DNA from: Candidatus Hydrogenedens sp.
Lineage (GTDB): Bacteria > Hydrogenedentota > Hydrogenedentia > Hydrogenedentales > Hydrogenedentaceae
Assembly: GCA_049968235.1 (NCBI GenBank)
Contig: JBMFRC010000003.1
Location: forward strand, 32,001 to 96,000
Direction: 5' to 3'
DNA: 64,000 nt
In this document: in pieces, positions 1 through 9,282 of the stretch
Numbering within the stretch: the stretch's first letter is position 1
Layout of the letters: the number at the start of each line of letters is the position of its first letter
Position numbers and translations under genes: made by a program
Notes under the pieces: model-generated
Seen by the model: the letters and a program-made list of their open reading frames with translations, nothing else
What the model was told of the DNA's origin: nothing
The model's database searches: none

Positions 1-1170
1 AAAGTTCTGTATATTTCCAACTACCGCATCTTCATCTGTGTCAATAGTAATGGTTGATGTTCCTGTTTTCAAAAATGTTAATGTAGTCCCTGTAATTGCA
101 TCTGTAACTACATTGCTATTCCGTGTCTCTTCTGCTCCACCGTTAATTTTAAAGATAGCATCCGAACCCGCTGTTTGACTTGCCGAAGTAAGGTTCATTA
201 CGGAAAGGAAATTGCTGGTATCTGAAGTTCCTCCAAATCGAATAAGCCGACTGCCCATATCCCTGGCTACAAATCGTAATGTATCCGTTAGAGAATCATA
301 ACTTGCTGTAACACCTGCATCGGAAGCATTAATTCGTGAAATTATATCCGCCAGTGTATCCGATGTCGGGTCAATGGTAATACTGAAACCATTGATGCTA
401 AATGACCCCCCTGTTATTGCCCCATTCTGTAAATTCAGGTCCTGTAGTTTAACGCCTGTATTTATCGCACCTAATGGCTGTCTGCTTCGTAATTCCGTAG
501 AACCGTTACCATTGGTATATTGCACAACATTTGTCCAGCCCAATGCCGAAATCAAATTACTGGTATCATTAGAACTACCTAAAACTATTCGTGTCGTATC
601 TCCCGGCGTAGTATTTTGGAGATAAATTCGGTCCTCACTCGCATTGTAAGTAGCGGTTACACCAGCACTACTCGAATTTATCATTGAAACAATATCATTC
701 AAACTTTGTGTGGTAGGGTCAACAGTAAACTCAACTCCATTTATCGTAAAAGTTCCTGATTGTACGGTTGTCGTCAATCCACTATTTTCCAACGCTACAT
801 TGGGGTCTATTGAAGAACTTACCCGTCCACTGCTATTCGCCACAGTTGCAGATGCCAACTGTATTACCTCTACCTGATATGTCCCTAAAACAGGATTAGA
901 ATCAGACACATTCGATTGAACAACACTTGTATCAGAACTGGTAGACTTAAATGCAGTAAAAATATTATTTAAATTAAAATCTTGAAGTCTATTTCGAAGT
1001 GTCGTTAAAGCAGTTCGCACATTTTGTATAGCAGTTCTCTGCCTCTGTAACCTTGTTACTTTCTGTTGAAGGCGAGTTATTGGCTGTCGCTCAATCTGTA
1101 TTAACTGGCTAATAATCGTATTAGTATCTAACCCCGAAACTAATCCGCCAATATTAAATGTGCCTGACAT
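1..1170 (-). CDS. fliD: Flagellar filament cap protein FliD (hook-associated protein 2). C-terminus truncated by the window edge; start codon at 1168-1170.
   Basis: Minus-strand translation from ATG (rc of 1168-1170) reads MSGTFNIGGLVSGLDTNTIISQLIQIERQPITRLQQ..., the typical FliD N-terminus. Later AIFKINGGAEETRNSNVV...TLTFLKTG is also FliD-like. The ORF stays open to position 1, so it is absent from the ORF track. SD GGAGA lies upstream. Confidence 0.8.
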   Translation of the reverse strand, partial: MSGTFNIGGLVSGLDTNTIISQLIQIERQPITRLQQKVTRLQRQRTAIQNVRTALTTLRNRLQDFNLNNIFTAFKSTSSDTSVVQSNVSDSNPVLGTYQVEVIQLASATVANSSGRVSSSIDPNVALENSGLTTTVQSGTFTINGVEFTVDPTTQSLNDIVSMINSSSAGVTATYNASEDRIYLQNTTPGDTTRIVLGSSNDTSNLISALGWTNVVQYTNGNGSTELRSRQPLGAINTGVKLQDLNLQNGAITGGSFSINGFSITIDPTSDTLADIISRINASDAGVTASYDSLTDTLRFVARDMGSRLIRFGGTSDTSNFLSVMNLTSASQTAGSDAIFKINGGAEETRNSNVVTDAITGTTLTFLKTGTSTITIDTDEDAVVGNIQNF

Positions 1171-1206
1171 ATCAATTTCTCCTAATTCAGTTATACTCTA
1201 ATCTAT

Positions 1207-1234
1207 ATTTCGGCAAGAAAATTTAAAACTTTAG
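1207..1234 (-). promoter_or_regulatory. Sigma-28 (FliA)-type promoter upstream of fliD
   Basis: The minus strand reads TAAAGTTT-N11-GCCGAAAT, against the FliA consensus TAAAGTTT-N11-GCCGATAA. It lies about 40 nt upstream of the fliD start. Confidence 0.6.
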
Positions 1235-1582
1235 TCTATTTACCAAAAATATTCTGAATATCTGCATATTTATTTCATAAATTATATAAATATGATATTT
1301 GTGCTAATGTATGGTATCTGTGTTTTGTTTTGTAAATCGTCTATTTTTAACAAGTATATTGATTGTAAGTATATAGCGATAAGAGATAGGATAAAACAGA
1401 TATTGACAGAAAAGCAAGGGGAAAAGTATTTGGAGAAAGTATGAAAAATGATATAATAAAATTTCCCCTTTTTCAGTTCTCTTTCTATCTATCAAAATAT
1501 ATAAATCTGTCACATATTGTCGAAACCAAATATTTAATTTATTAAATTACATTTTGGTAGAACGGGATGCTGAACAAGTTGA

Positions 1583-2293
1583 TTATTCTTTGATGATTTT
1601 TATACGGATATTGCGAAATTGGACTTTCATAGGTGGTCCTGGATGCATTTGTAAAGCGATATATCCTTTCCGACGTGAATATTGTTTATCATCATCAAAA
1701 ACTTCACACATTTTTGTTCCATTAATAAAGAGTTCTATATGGTTTCCAATCGCTCTTATTTCATATTCATTCCAATCTTTGAATTTGACAGCCGATAGTA
1801 ATTCCTTTGGGTCTTTAATTTGTTCTTCTTTGCGGTTTCCGTCTTTGTCTATCCATGCTTTATAGCCCCGTTTAACAACAGCCCATCGGTCATGTTGAAA
1901 CAGGCAACCTGTCCATTCGCCATTTTCATCTATATCTGCCTGGTAGCCCCAGATATCGTAGTCTGGTCGTTTTTCACTCCGGAATTGGACGCCTGAATTG
2001 TTATTTTCGAGGCGAAATTCCAGTTTTAAGATGAAATCTTCAGGTTGACCACCCATCCAGTATAGGTAATGTGCCTTTTCACAGGGTTTTTGTTGTGTAC
2101 TCTGGCTTGTTATTGCCCCATCTTCAAGCCACCACCAGCCTTCCAGTCCTTCCCATCCTTTTAATGTTTTCCCGTCAAAGATAGAAACAAAGCCTTCTTC
2201 TTTTAGAGCGTCAGGAGCAGATATAAAACCCTGTAAAAGTAATACTGTCATAAGGAATATGTACATGAATGGACTCCTTTTCAAAAAATGCAT
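1583..2293 (-). CDS. DUF1080 (3-keto-disaccharide hydrolase/LamG-like jelly-roll) family protein, secreted
   Basis: N-terminal signal peptide. Motifs FDGKTLKGWE...GYIALQMH are typical of DUF1080. It sits adjacent to, and is co-oriented with, a Gfo/Idh/MocA oxidoreductase. Confidence 0.65.
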   Translation of the reverse strand: MHFLKRSPFMYIFLMTVLLLQGFISAPDALKEEGFVSIFDGKTLKGWEGLEGWWWLEDGAITSQSTQQKPCEKAHYLYWMGGQPEDFILKLEFRLENNNSGVQFRSEKRPDYDIWGYQADIDENGEWTGCLFQHDRWAVVKRGYKAWIDKDGNRKEEQIKDPKELLSAVKFKDWNEYEIRAIGNHIELFINGTKMCEVFDDDKQYSRRKGYIALQMHPGPPMKVQFRNIRIKIIKE

Positions 2294-2305
2294 TTTGATG
2301 TATTT

Positions 2306-3661
2306 TCATGAAGGTAATTCGTAGCCTTTGCGACGGGGACGAGAGAGCATAGCATTCCCTTCATCACAATTTTTGAATTGTTCTTTCTTCGGGTCCCATT
2401 TTAATACTTCACCCACTTTTCCCACATCACGGGCAATGTTCACAAGGATACATAGTGTATTGCTCCTATGCCCAATTTCAATATCTGCATGACATTGTTT
2501 TCGTGTTTTAATTGCCTGAATCCAATCTTCAAGATGTGGTTGTGTTTCGGGCACGGCTAATTTTTCCGGTTTATCAGGGCGTTGTAATATTTCTGGAGGA
2601 TTTGAGGAGATAGCATCACGATTTATTTCGATACTTCCATTTTCACCCACAAAGATACATCCCAATCCGGGACCTTTATCGGAATCATAATATAATTCCA
2701 ATTCAACACCATTTTTGTATCGCATACGAACTTTTGCGCGGGGACCTACGATTCCTTTTGTCATGGGATAATATGGGGCCCCTGTTTCTTCCGGTTTAAT
2801 TTCACGTTCTTCAAACAAGCCCGCAGGCATATCCTTAACAGGTTCCTCCAGTATTACCTCAACAGGTCCTGTTGTATCTGTTCCTAATCCTCTTTGAATC
2901 TGGTCATAAGCGTGAGCACCCCAGCCTGTTACACCAAAGGAAGTTCCTCCTCCATCATAATCCCACCATTTTGCCCAGCCACGATGTAACTCTTCATGAT
3001 AAGGTCGAAATACCGCCTGATTTGTCCATAAATCCCACCAGGGTTCATTTGTATAGGGTGATTCGGGATATTGTGTATTTTCATTCCATCGTAATGGACT
3101 TACAAAATTGGCAGATATGACCTTCTTTAACTTACCAATAGCACCATTTTTAACAAGGTCACTTGCCCAGTTGTTTAAAGGAATAGAACGTTGTTGTGTT
3201 CCTACCTGCGTAACACATTTATACTTTCGTGCCATTTTTACAAGTTTGCGTCCTTCCTCCACAGTTAAAGCCATCGGCTTTTCCATATATACATCTATTT
3301 TTCGAACCATAGCATTTGCGGAAACCCACGCACGCGAATGGGTCGTCGTAGCAACCACAACTCCGTCTAATTTTTCCTTATCCAACATTTCCAATGGATT
3401 TGTATAAGCATGCCAACCATTCTTTTCACCAACAGATTTCATTGCGGAATCAATTCTTGGCTTAAAACAATCACATGCAGATACAATGCGAGCAGTGGGA
3501 ATATTAAATAAAGTTTTAATCAGTTCACGAGAACGACCGCCAATGCCGACTACACCGATTAGCACCTGTTCTGAAGATGGAACACCCTGGGCTCCTAACA
3601 CAGATGATTTAACAATTAGTGGAGCACTAACTGCCAATTTTAAAAAATTACGCCTCTTCAT
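2306..3661 (-). CDS. Gfo/Idh/MocA-family NAD(P)-dependent oxidoreductase with twin-arginine (Tat) signal
   Basis: N-terminus MKRRNFLKLAVSAPL fits the Tat motif RRxFLK. Rossmann motif GVVGIGGRSRE. Size and layout fit secreted Gfo/Idh/MocA (GH109-like) enzymes. Confidence 0.7.
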   Translation of the reverse strand: MKRRNFLKLAVSAPLIVKSSVLGAQGVPSSEQVLIGVVGIGGRSRELIKTLFNIPTARIVSACDCFKPRIDSAMKSVGEKNGWHAYTNPLEMLDKEKLDGVVVATTTHSRAWVSANAMVRKIDVYMEKPMALTVEEGRKLVKMARKYKCVTQVGTQQRSIPLNNWASDLVKNGAIGKLKKVISANFVSPLRWNENTQYPESPYTNEPWWDLWTNQAVFRPYHEELHRGWAKWWDYDGGGTSFGVTGWGAHAYDQIQRGLGTDTTGPVEVILEEPVKDMPAGLFEEREIKPEETGAPYYPMTKGIVGPRAKVRMRYKNGVELELYYDSDKGPGLGCIFVGENGSIEINRDAISSNPPEILQRPDKPEKLAVPETQPHLEDWIQAIKTRKQCHADIEIGHRSNTLCILVNIARDVGKVGEVLKWDPKKEQFKNCDEGNAMLSRPRRKGYELPS

Positions 3662-3788
3662 TGTTCATATCCTTTTATTTCTTTAGTTATCAGAAGGCAT
3701 ACTAATAAATTACTACTTTTTATCTATAATAAACAAATTGATTGCTGTGTATCCGAGGGAAAAGATGTTTCATGCCAACGAAATTATT

Positions 3789-3817
3789 TTGACAGTCGTT
3801 AAGATATATGGTAAACT
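3789..3817 (+). promoter_or_regulatory. Sigma-70-type promoter of the hrcA operon (TTGACA-N17-TAAACT)
   Basis: TTGACA at 3789-3794, a 17-nt spacer, TAAACT at 3812-3817. It lies immediately upstream of CIRCE. Confidence 0.55.
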
Positions 3818-3821
3818 ATTA

Positions 3822-3848
3822 TTAGCATTCTACCTTAGTGAGTGCTAA
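3822..3848 (+). promoter_or_regulatory. CIRCE operator (HrcA binding site)
   Basis: TTAGCATTC-N9-GAGTGCTAA matches the CIRCE consensus TTAGCACTC-N9-GAGTGCTAA at 17 of 18 positions. It lies between the -10 element and the hrcA start. Confidence 0.9.
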
Positions 3849-3861
3849 AAGGTGTTGTGTT

Positions 3862-4920
3862 ATGAATATGAATTTTCCTCCATTGAACGAACGAGAACGA
3901 ACCGTTTTGGAAGCAGTTGTGCATATATATATTACAACTGCAGAACCTGTGGGTTCACGAACTGTTGTAAAGAAATTGGGCTTAAATTTGAGCCCGGCAA
4001 CTATTCGCAATGTAATGGCGGATTTGGAGGATATGGGTTATCTCACTCAGGTTCATACAAGTTCTGGTAGAGTGCCTACAGATATGGGTTATAAATATTA
4101 CGTTACTTACTTAATGAAGGTTCAGGAGTTAACATTAGCAGAGCGTGAACATATTAAACAGGAATTAACAAAAAAGATAGATTCCGCAGACCAGATTCTT
4201 CGTCAAACGAGCCATTTATTGGCTCTGGCAAGTCATCAGGCGGGACTGGCAGAATTACCGGCTGAAAGCACGGCAGTTATCCGTCGTGTTGAACTTGTCC
4301 CCCTTTTAGAACGACAGCTGGCTATTTTGATAGTGGATAGTTTCGGATGTGTTCACACATCTTCGGTTATTTTAGATAATACCGTATCACCGCAACTTTT
4401 AGAAACATTAAGTAAATTCTTAAACGAATCTTTACTTAATGTTTCGATAGATAATATTTATCCTGTTGTTCGGGAAAGTTTAAAGAAATTCTTTGATGAA
4501 CGCAGGAAATTGGCTGAGTTAGCATTAAAGATTCTGACGCAGGTGGACCCTCCTGCCAATCAGATGTTCTTAGATGGAACCAACAATCTATTTGACCAGC
4601 CAGAATTTCAGGAACCGATAAAGGTGAAAAGTATTATTGGCATCATGGAGGACCCATCTCCATTAGTAAAAGCATTAAGAGAATCCCTCGCTCGTTCTGA
4701 AAACCGACAACGAACTGTTTTAATTGGTTCAGAAACGATGATGAACAATATTAGTGAGTTTGGAGTTATTGCTTCTCCATATCAGTTAGAGGAACAGGAA
4801 GAGCCTGCAGGTTTTATTGGCATTCTGGGACCGAAACGGATGCCTTATGAACGGCTCTCTTCCATCGTAGATTATACAGCGGGAATGGTAGGGAAAATGC
4901 TAACCCGTCTGTGGAGGTAA
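3862..4920 (+). CDS. hrcA: Heat-inducible transcription repressor HrcA
   Basis: LNERERTVLEAVVHIYITTAEPVGSRTV...ATIRNVMADLEDMGYL is a classic HrcA winged-helix N-terminus. It is the first gene of hrcA-grpE-dnaK-dnaJ. The ORF-track start (GTG at 3838) lies inside CIRCE, so the ATG at 3862 (MNMNFPPL) is preferred. Confidence 0.9.
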   Translation: MNMNFPPLNERERTVLEAVVHIYITTAEPVGSRTVVKKLGLNLSPATIRNVMADLEDMGYLTQVHTSSGRVPTDMGYKYYVTYLMKVQELTLAEREHIKQELTKKIDSADQILRQTSHLLALASHQAGLAELPAESTAVIRRVELVPLLERQLAILIVDSFGCVHTSSVILDNTVSPQLLETLSKFLNESLLNVSIDNIYPVVRESLKKFFDERRKLAELALKILTQVDPPANQMFLDGTNNLFDQPEFQEPIKVKSIIGIMEDPSPLVKALRESLARSENRQRTVLIGSETMMNNISEFGVIASPYQLEEQEEPAGFIGILGPKRMPYERLSSIVDYTAGMVGKMLTRLWR

Positions 4921-4972
4921 CTGTATAATTTTATTTAAACTATTTTGAGTTGTAAAAATCATAGGTAAAGGA

Positions 4973-5629
4973 GTGGTGATTTTATATATGGAAAACGGGA
5001 AATCGGAATTAGAGAAAAAATTTGAACAGGATAAAGAAAGCACTGCATCCGATTCTGAAATTATAAGACGGGCTTCTATAGTTCCTCCTTCTTTAGAGGA
5101 ACCAGTGGAACAGGAAACTGTTTCAAAATCGAACTCTCTGGAAGAAATTTCTAAATTGTTTGAAGAAAAGACAAAAGAATTAGAAGAATTAAAAGACCGT
5201 TATCTCCGTGTCTGTGCGGAATATGACAATTATCGAAAACGAACAGTGCGGGAGATAAAAGAAATTCGTGAAGTAGCCACAGAACAATTGGTTAGGGACC
5301 TACTTCCTGTCTTAGATAATTTTGAAAGGGCTTTACAACATGTTGTGGACCCGGAGGACGCTTTTGCTTCGGGTATTCGTATGGTCTTTTCTCAATTGAA
5401 AGACACACTCATGGCACGCGGTTTGCTACCTATAGAAGCGATAGGACAACCGTTCGATCCCAATGTTCATGAGGCAATAGCCCAAATGGAAACAGAACAA
5501 CCGGAGGGAACGGTAGTCCAGGAATATCAAAAGGGTTATTTATTCGGTAAACGCGTGCTACGACCTGCAAAGGTTGTAGTAAGCAAAAGACCGGAGCAAA
5601 TAACTGAAAGTAATGAAGAGAATAAATAA
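4973..5629 (+). CDS. grpE: Nucleotide exchange factor GrpE
   Basis: LRVCAEYDNYRKRTVREIKE and the downstream GrpE coiled-coil and beta-domain motifs. Positioned between hrcA and dnaK. The true start may be the ATG at 4988. Confidence 0.9.
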   Translation: MVILYMENGKSELEKKFEQDKESTASDSEIIRRASIVPPSLEEPVEQETVSKSNSLEEISKLFEEKTKELEELKDRYLRVCAEYDNYRKRTVREIKEIREVATEQLVRDLLPVLDNFERALQHVVDPEDAFASGIRMVFSQLKDTLMARGLLPIEAIGQPFDPNVHEAIAQMETEQPEGTVVQEYQKGYLFGKRVLRPAKVVVSKRPEQITESNEENK

Positions 5630-5702
5630 TTAAATTTTTTGAAAAATATGTTCTATAATGAAACATTTTATTAAAATTTTATAAAAGGAGGTTGAAAGAC
5701 CT

Positions 5703-7604
5703 ATGGGAAAAGTTATAGGAATTGATTTAGGAACAACAAATTCCTGTGTTGCGGTGATGGAAGGTGGCGAACCTGTAGTCATTGCAAATGCAGAAGGGAA
5801 CCGCACAACACCTTCTGTGGTAGGTTTTACAAAGGATGGAGAACGATTGGTGGGTGCTATTGCAAAACGGCAGGCAGTTACCAATCCCCAGAATACCGTA
5901 TTTTCAATTAAGAGATTTATGGGTCGTCGTTATCATGAAGCAACAGAAGAAATTAAGCGTGTCCCATATAAAGTAACGGAAGCCTCAAATGGAGATTGTC
6001 AGGTAGAAATTCATGGCAAGGCTTATAAACCCCCCGAGATTTCTGCGATGATTCTTCAAAAAATGAAGGAAACCGCAGAAGCCTATTTAGGGACAAAAGT
6101 TACGCAAGCAGTTATTACAGTCCCTGCATACTTCAACGACTCTCAAAGACAAGCAACCAAAGATGCCGGTAAAATTGCTGGACTGGAAGTTCTGCGGATA
6201 ATCAATGAGCCAACAGCAGCAGCTCTGGCTTATGGTTTAAATAAGAAAAAGGATGAAAAGATAGCCGTTTACGATTTAGGTGGTGGAACTTTCGATATTT
6301 CTATACTGGCTATCGGTGATGACAGTTTTGAAGTATTGAGTACGAACGGAGATACCCATTTAGGTGGTGATGATTTTGACCAACGCGTAATAGACTGGTT
6401 AGCGGGTGAATTTCTGAAGGACCAGGGTATAGATTTGCGAAAAGACCCGATGGCATTGCAGAGATTGAAAGAAGCGGCAGAAAAAGCAAAGTGTGAATTA
6501 TCCACCACAATGAGCACGGATATTAATCTGCCCTTTATCTCAGCAGATGCGTCAGGTCCGAAACACTTAAATTATACACTGACACGGGCAAAATTGGAGC
6601 AACTTTGTGATGATTTACTACAACGGACAAAGGGACCCTGTTTACAAGCATTGCAGGACGCGGGCTTAAAAGCAAGTGATATTGATGAGGTTATCCTTGT
6701 CGGTGGTATGACACGGATGCCCGCAGTTATACGCCTTGTTCAGGATTTATTCGGAAAAGAACCACATCGAGGTGTAAATCCGGACGAAGTGGTTGCAATA
6801 GGTGCAGCAATTCAAGGTGGCGTTCTTGCGGGTGAAGTAAAAGACATTCTATTGCTGGATGTTACTCCTCTATCATTAGGTATTGAAACATTAGGAGGCG
6901 TTTGCACCAAGTTAATTGAACGGAATACAACAATCCCTGTTAACAAACGGCAGATATTTACAACGGCTGCAGATAATCAGACCTCTGTAACTATCCATGT
7001 GCTTCAAGGAGAGCGTGAGATGGCAAGGGATAACCGCACATTAGGTCGGTTTGACCTTGTAGGTATTCCGCCAGCACCACGTGGTGTCCCGCAAATTGAA
7101 GTAACCTTTGATATCGACGCAAATGGTATATTACATGTTTCAGCAAAAGACCTTGCTACCGGCAAGGAACAAAAAATACGTATCGAAAGTTCCAGTGGAC
7201 TGACAGAAGAAGAAATCCAAAAGATGGTGAAAGAAGCAGAACAACATGCGGAGGAAGATAAAAAACGTCGTAAGGAAATAGAAATACGCAACAATGCAGA
7301 TTCTCTGTTGTATAGCACGGAGAAACTGTTAAAAGAATACGGCGATAAGGTTTCTGGACCTGAAAAAGCAGAGGTAGAGTCCGCTCTGGAAGAATTACGC
7401 AAAGCCTTAGCAGGAGACCGTATTGAAGAGATAGAATCCGCAATAAATAAAGTAACTTCCGCAACGCATAAATTATCAGAAGCCATGTATCGTTCTGCAA
7501 CTCAGGCAAAAGGTCCTTCTACAGAACAAACAACCCAGACTTCATCAGACGGCGGAAACTCTTCGTCGGAGGGTGAAGGTGGGCAACGTGTTGTAGATGT
7601 ATAA
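5703..7604 (+). CDS. dnaK: Molecular chaperone DnaK (Hsp70)
   Basis: [32 protein letters not shown] and the other Hsp70 signatures. SD AAGGAGG is present. Confidence 0.97.
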   Translation: MGKVIGIDLGTTNSCVAVMEGGEPVVIANAEGNRTTPSVVGFTKDGERLVGAIAKRQAVTNPQNTVFSIKRFMGRRYHEATEEIKRVPYKVTEASNGDCQVEIHGKAYKPPEISAMILQKMKETAEAYLGTKVTQAVITVPAYFNDSQRQATKDAGKIAGLEVLRIINEPTAAALAYGLNKKKDEKIAVYDLGGGTFDISILAIGDDSFEVLSTNGDTHLGGDDFDQRVIDWLAGEFLKDQGIDLRKDPMALQRLKEAAEKAKCELSTTMSTDINLPFISADASGPKHLNYTLTRAKLEQLCDDLLQRTKGPCLQALQDAGLKASDIDEVILVGGMTRMPAVIRLVQDLFGKEPHRGVNPDEVVAIGAAIQGGVLAGEVKDILLLDVTPLSLGIETLGGVCTKLIERNTTIPVNKRQIFTTAADNQTSVTIHVLQGEREMARDNRTLGRFDLVGIPPAPRGVPQIEVTFDIDANGILHVSAKDLATGKEQKIRIESSSGLTEEEIQKMVKEAEQHAEEDKKRRKEIEIRNNADSLLYSTEKLLKEYGDKVSGPEKAEVESALEELRKALAGDRIEEIESAINKVTSATHKLSEAMYRSATQAKGPSTEQTTQTSSDGGNSSSEGEGGQRVVDV

Positions 7605-7606
7605 AA

Positions 7607-7650
7607 GGAAGACCTCAATCTATCGAATAGGACTTCTGCCTTTTTGTATA
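7607..7650 (+). terminator. Possible imperfect rho-independent terminator after dnaK
   Basis: An imperfect inverted repeat (AGGAAGACC ... GGACTTCT) followed by TTTTTG. Confidence 0.3.
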
Positions 7651-7687
7651 ATACAGCATAAATCGTAGTAGGTGATGAGTAGTAAAT

Positions 7688-8833
7688 ATGGTTCGTGGTA
7701 AGGACTTATATGAAATATTAGGTGTCCCGAAGAACGCTTCGCAGGACGAGATTCGTCGTGCTTACTTAAAATTAGCACACAAATACCATCCGGATAAAAC
7801 CGGCGGAGACAAAGAGGCGGAAGAAAAATTAAAAGAAATCAATGCGGCGTATGATATTCTTAAAAATCCTGAGAAAAGGGCACAATATGACCGCTACGGT
7901 ACGGTTGATGGTCAACCCTTTGATATGGGTAATTTCACCGGTGGTTTCCGTGGCTTCACGGAAGGCTTTGGAGAAGGTTTTGAATCGCCGTTTGACGACC
8001 TGTTTGATATGATTTTTGGCTCCGGTACCCGTCGAACGGGTCGCCGGAGCAATGCCCAGCGTGGTAGCGATGTTGAAACCACATTAACAATAACATTAAA
8101 AGAGTCTGCCACCGGAGCCAGAAAAAAAGTCCGTTATATTTGTAAAGAACAATGTAGCGAATGTCATGGAACAGGTGCAGAACCGGGTTCCAAATTGGAG
8201 GTTTGTCCTCAATGTGGAGGGACAGGACAAATACGGGCTTCTCATGGATTTTTCAGCATTACACGGACCTGTCCTCAATGTCGTGGAGAGGGGAAATATA
8301 TATCACGACCCTGTATGCGTTGTAGCGGACAGGGGAGAATTTCCTCAACACGCGAAACAGAAATAAACATTCCACCGGGTGTGGATGCCGGGACAACTTT
8401 GCGTTCCGTAGGTGATGGTGAAGCAGGAATAGGGGGAGGTCCTCCGGGGGATTTATATGTTCATTTACAGATAAAAGAACATCCTTTATTCGAGCGTAAG
8501 GGTAGTGATTTGTATTGTGAAGTTCCGGTAACATTGTCTCAAGCAATTTCCGGAACAGTCATTAAAGCACCTACGCTCATTGATGGAATGATTGACCTAA
8601 CCATTCCTGAAGGCACACAATCCGGAGACCTTTTAAGAAAAAAAGGCTTGGGGATGCCTCGATTGAATAATCGCGGAAGAGGTGACTTATACTACAAAAT
8701 TGTGGTTGAAATACCCGTTCGTCTATCCAAACACCAGCAAGACCTGCTCCGAGAACTGGATGATTTAGCCAATGCCAAAAATTACCCCAAATATTGGAAA
8801 TTCCGTGAACTCAAAGAAAAAAATTTTGATTAA
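7688..8833 (+). CDS. dnaJ: Molecular chaperone DnaJ (Hsp40)
   Basis: J-domain with HPD (KYHPDK), a G/F-rich region, and four CxxCxGxG zinc-finger repeats (CSECHGTG, CPQCGGTG, CPQCRGEG, CMRCSGQG). Confidence 0.95.
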   Translation: MVRGKDLYEILGVPKNASQDEIRRAYLKLAHKYHPDKTGGDKEAEEKLKEINAAYDILKNPEKRAQYDRYGTVDGQPFDMGNFTGGFRGFTEGFGEGFESPFDDLFDMIFGSGTRRTGRRSNAQRGSDVETTLTITLKESATGARKKVRYICKEQCSECHGTGAEPGSKLEVCPQCGGTGQIRASHGFFSITRTCPQCRGEGKYISRPCMRCSGQGRISSTRETEINIPPGVDAGTTLRSVGDGEAGIGGGPPGDLYVHLQIKEHPLFERKGSDLYCEVPVTLSQAISGTVIKAPTLIDGMIDLTIPEGTQSGDLLRKKGLGMPRLNNRGRGDLYYKIVVEIPVRLSKHQQDLLRELDDLANAKNYPKYWKFRELKEKNFD

Positions 8834-8897
8834 CCCTGCAGGTTTCGTTATTCTATAAGTTATATTATATTATGGTTAAATTTGGAAGGAGGAGTAA

Positions 8898-9239
8898 ATG
8901 GCGTTTGTTGTTTGCGAACCCTGTATTAAATGTAAATATACCAGTTGTGTAGAAGTATGTCCGGTGGCATGTTTTCATGAAGGAGCCAATATGCTGGTCA
9001 TAGACCCACAAGAATGTATTGACTGTGCGGTTTGCGTGGACGAATGTCCCGTTCGTGCTATATATTCGATTGATGAGGTTCCAGAAGAGTGGAAGGAATA
9101 CATACAACTGAATGCAGAATACTCCAAAATCTGGCCCGTTATACGAAATAACAAACCCGTCTCTCCTGAATCTGAGGAATATCGAACTGTGAAAAATAAA
9201 CGGGGACTCTTTGACCCAACACCGGGCACGGGAAATTAA
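8898..9239 (+). CDS. 7Fe (3Fe-4S/4Fe-4S) ferredoxin
   Basis: [14 protein letters not shown] and [12 protein letters not shown] cysteine clusters, typical of FdxA-like ferredoxins. SD GGAGG. Confidence 0.8.
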   Translation: MAFVVCEPCIKCKYTSCVEVCPVACFHEGANMLVIDPQECIDCAVCVDECPVRAIYSIDEVPEEWKEYIQLNAEYSKIWPVIRNNKPVSPESEEYRTVKNKRGLFDPTPGTGN

Positions 9240-9282
9240 AAAAGATTAAGATATAAACAAAGATAATAAAAGGAGAAACGTC

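Noticed and set aside
1304-1865. Small ORFs (69 and 103 aa) in the fliD upstream AT-rich region and antisense to the DUF1080 gene
   Set aside because: They show AT-rich low-complexity translation and no SD. The region is better explained as the fliD promoter/leader and the 3' end of the DUF1080 gene.
3838-3861. Upstream GTG start of hrcA from the ORF track, and the overlapping small ORF 3852..4070
   Set aside because: The GTG sits inside the CIRCE right arm. ATG 3862 is more plausible. The 72-aa plus-strand ORF at 3852 is an out-of-frame overlap inside hrcA.
4973-4988. Ambiguous GrpE start (GTG at 4976 vs ATG at 4988)
   Set aside because: SD AGGAG at about 4968-4972 is 3 nt from the GTG and 15 nt from the ATG, and neither is ideal. 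The ORF-track coordinates were kept. The start is not resolvable from sequence alone.
7004-7509. Antisense ORFs of 160 aa and 117 aa inside dnaK (also 6269-6517 and 8096-8546 inside dnaK/dnaJ)
   Set aside because: They are embedded antisense to highly conserved chaperone genes and have a low-complexity, atypical composition. They are typical spurious long ORFs.
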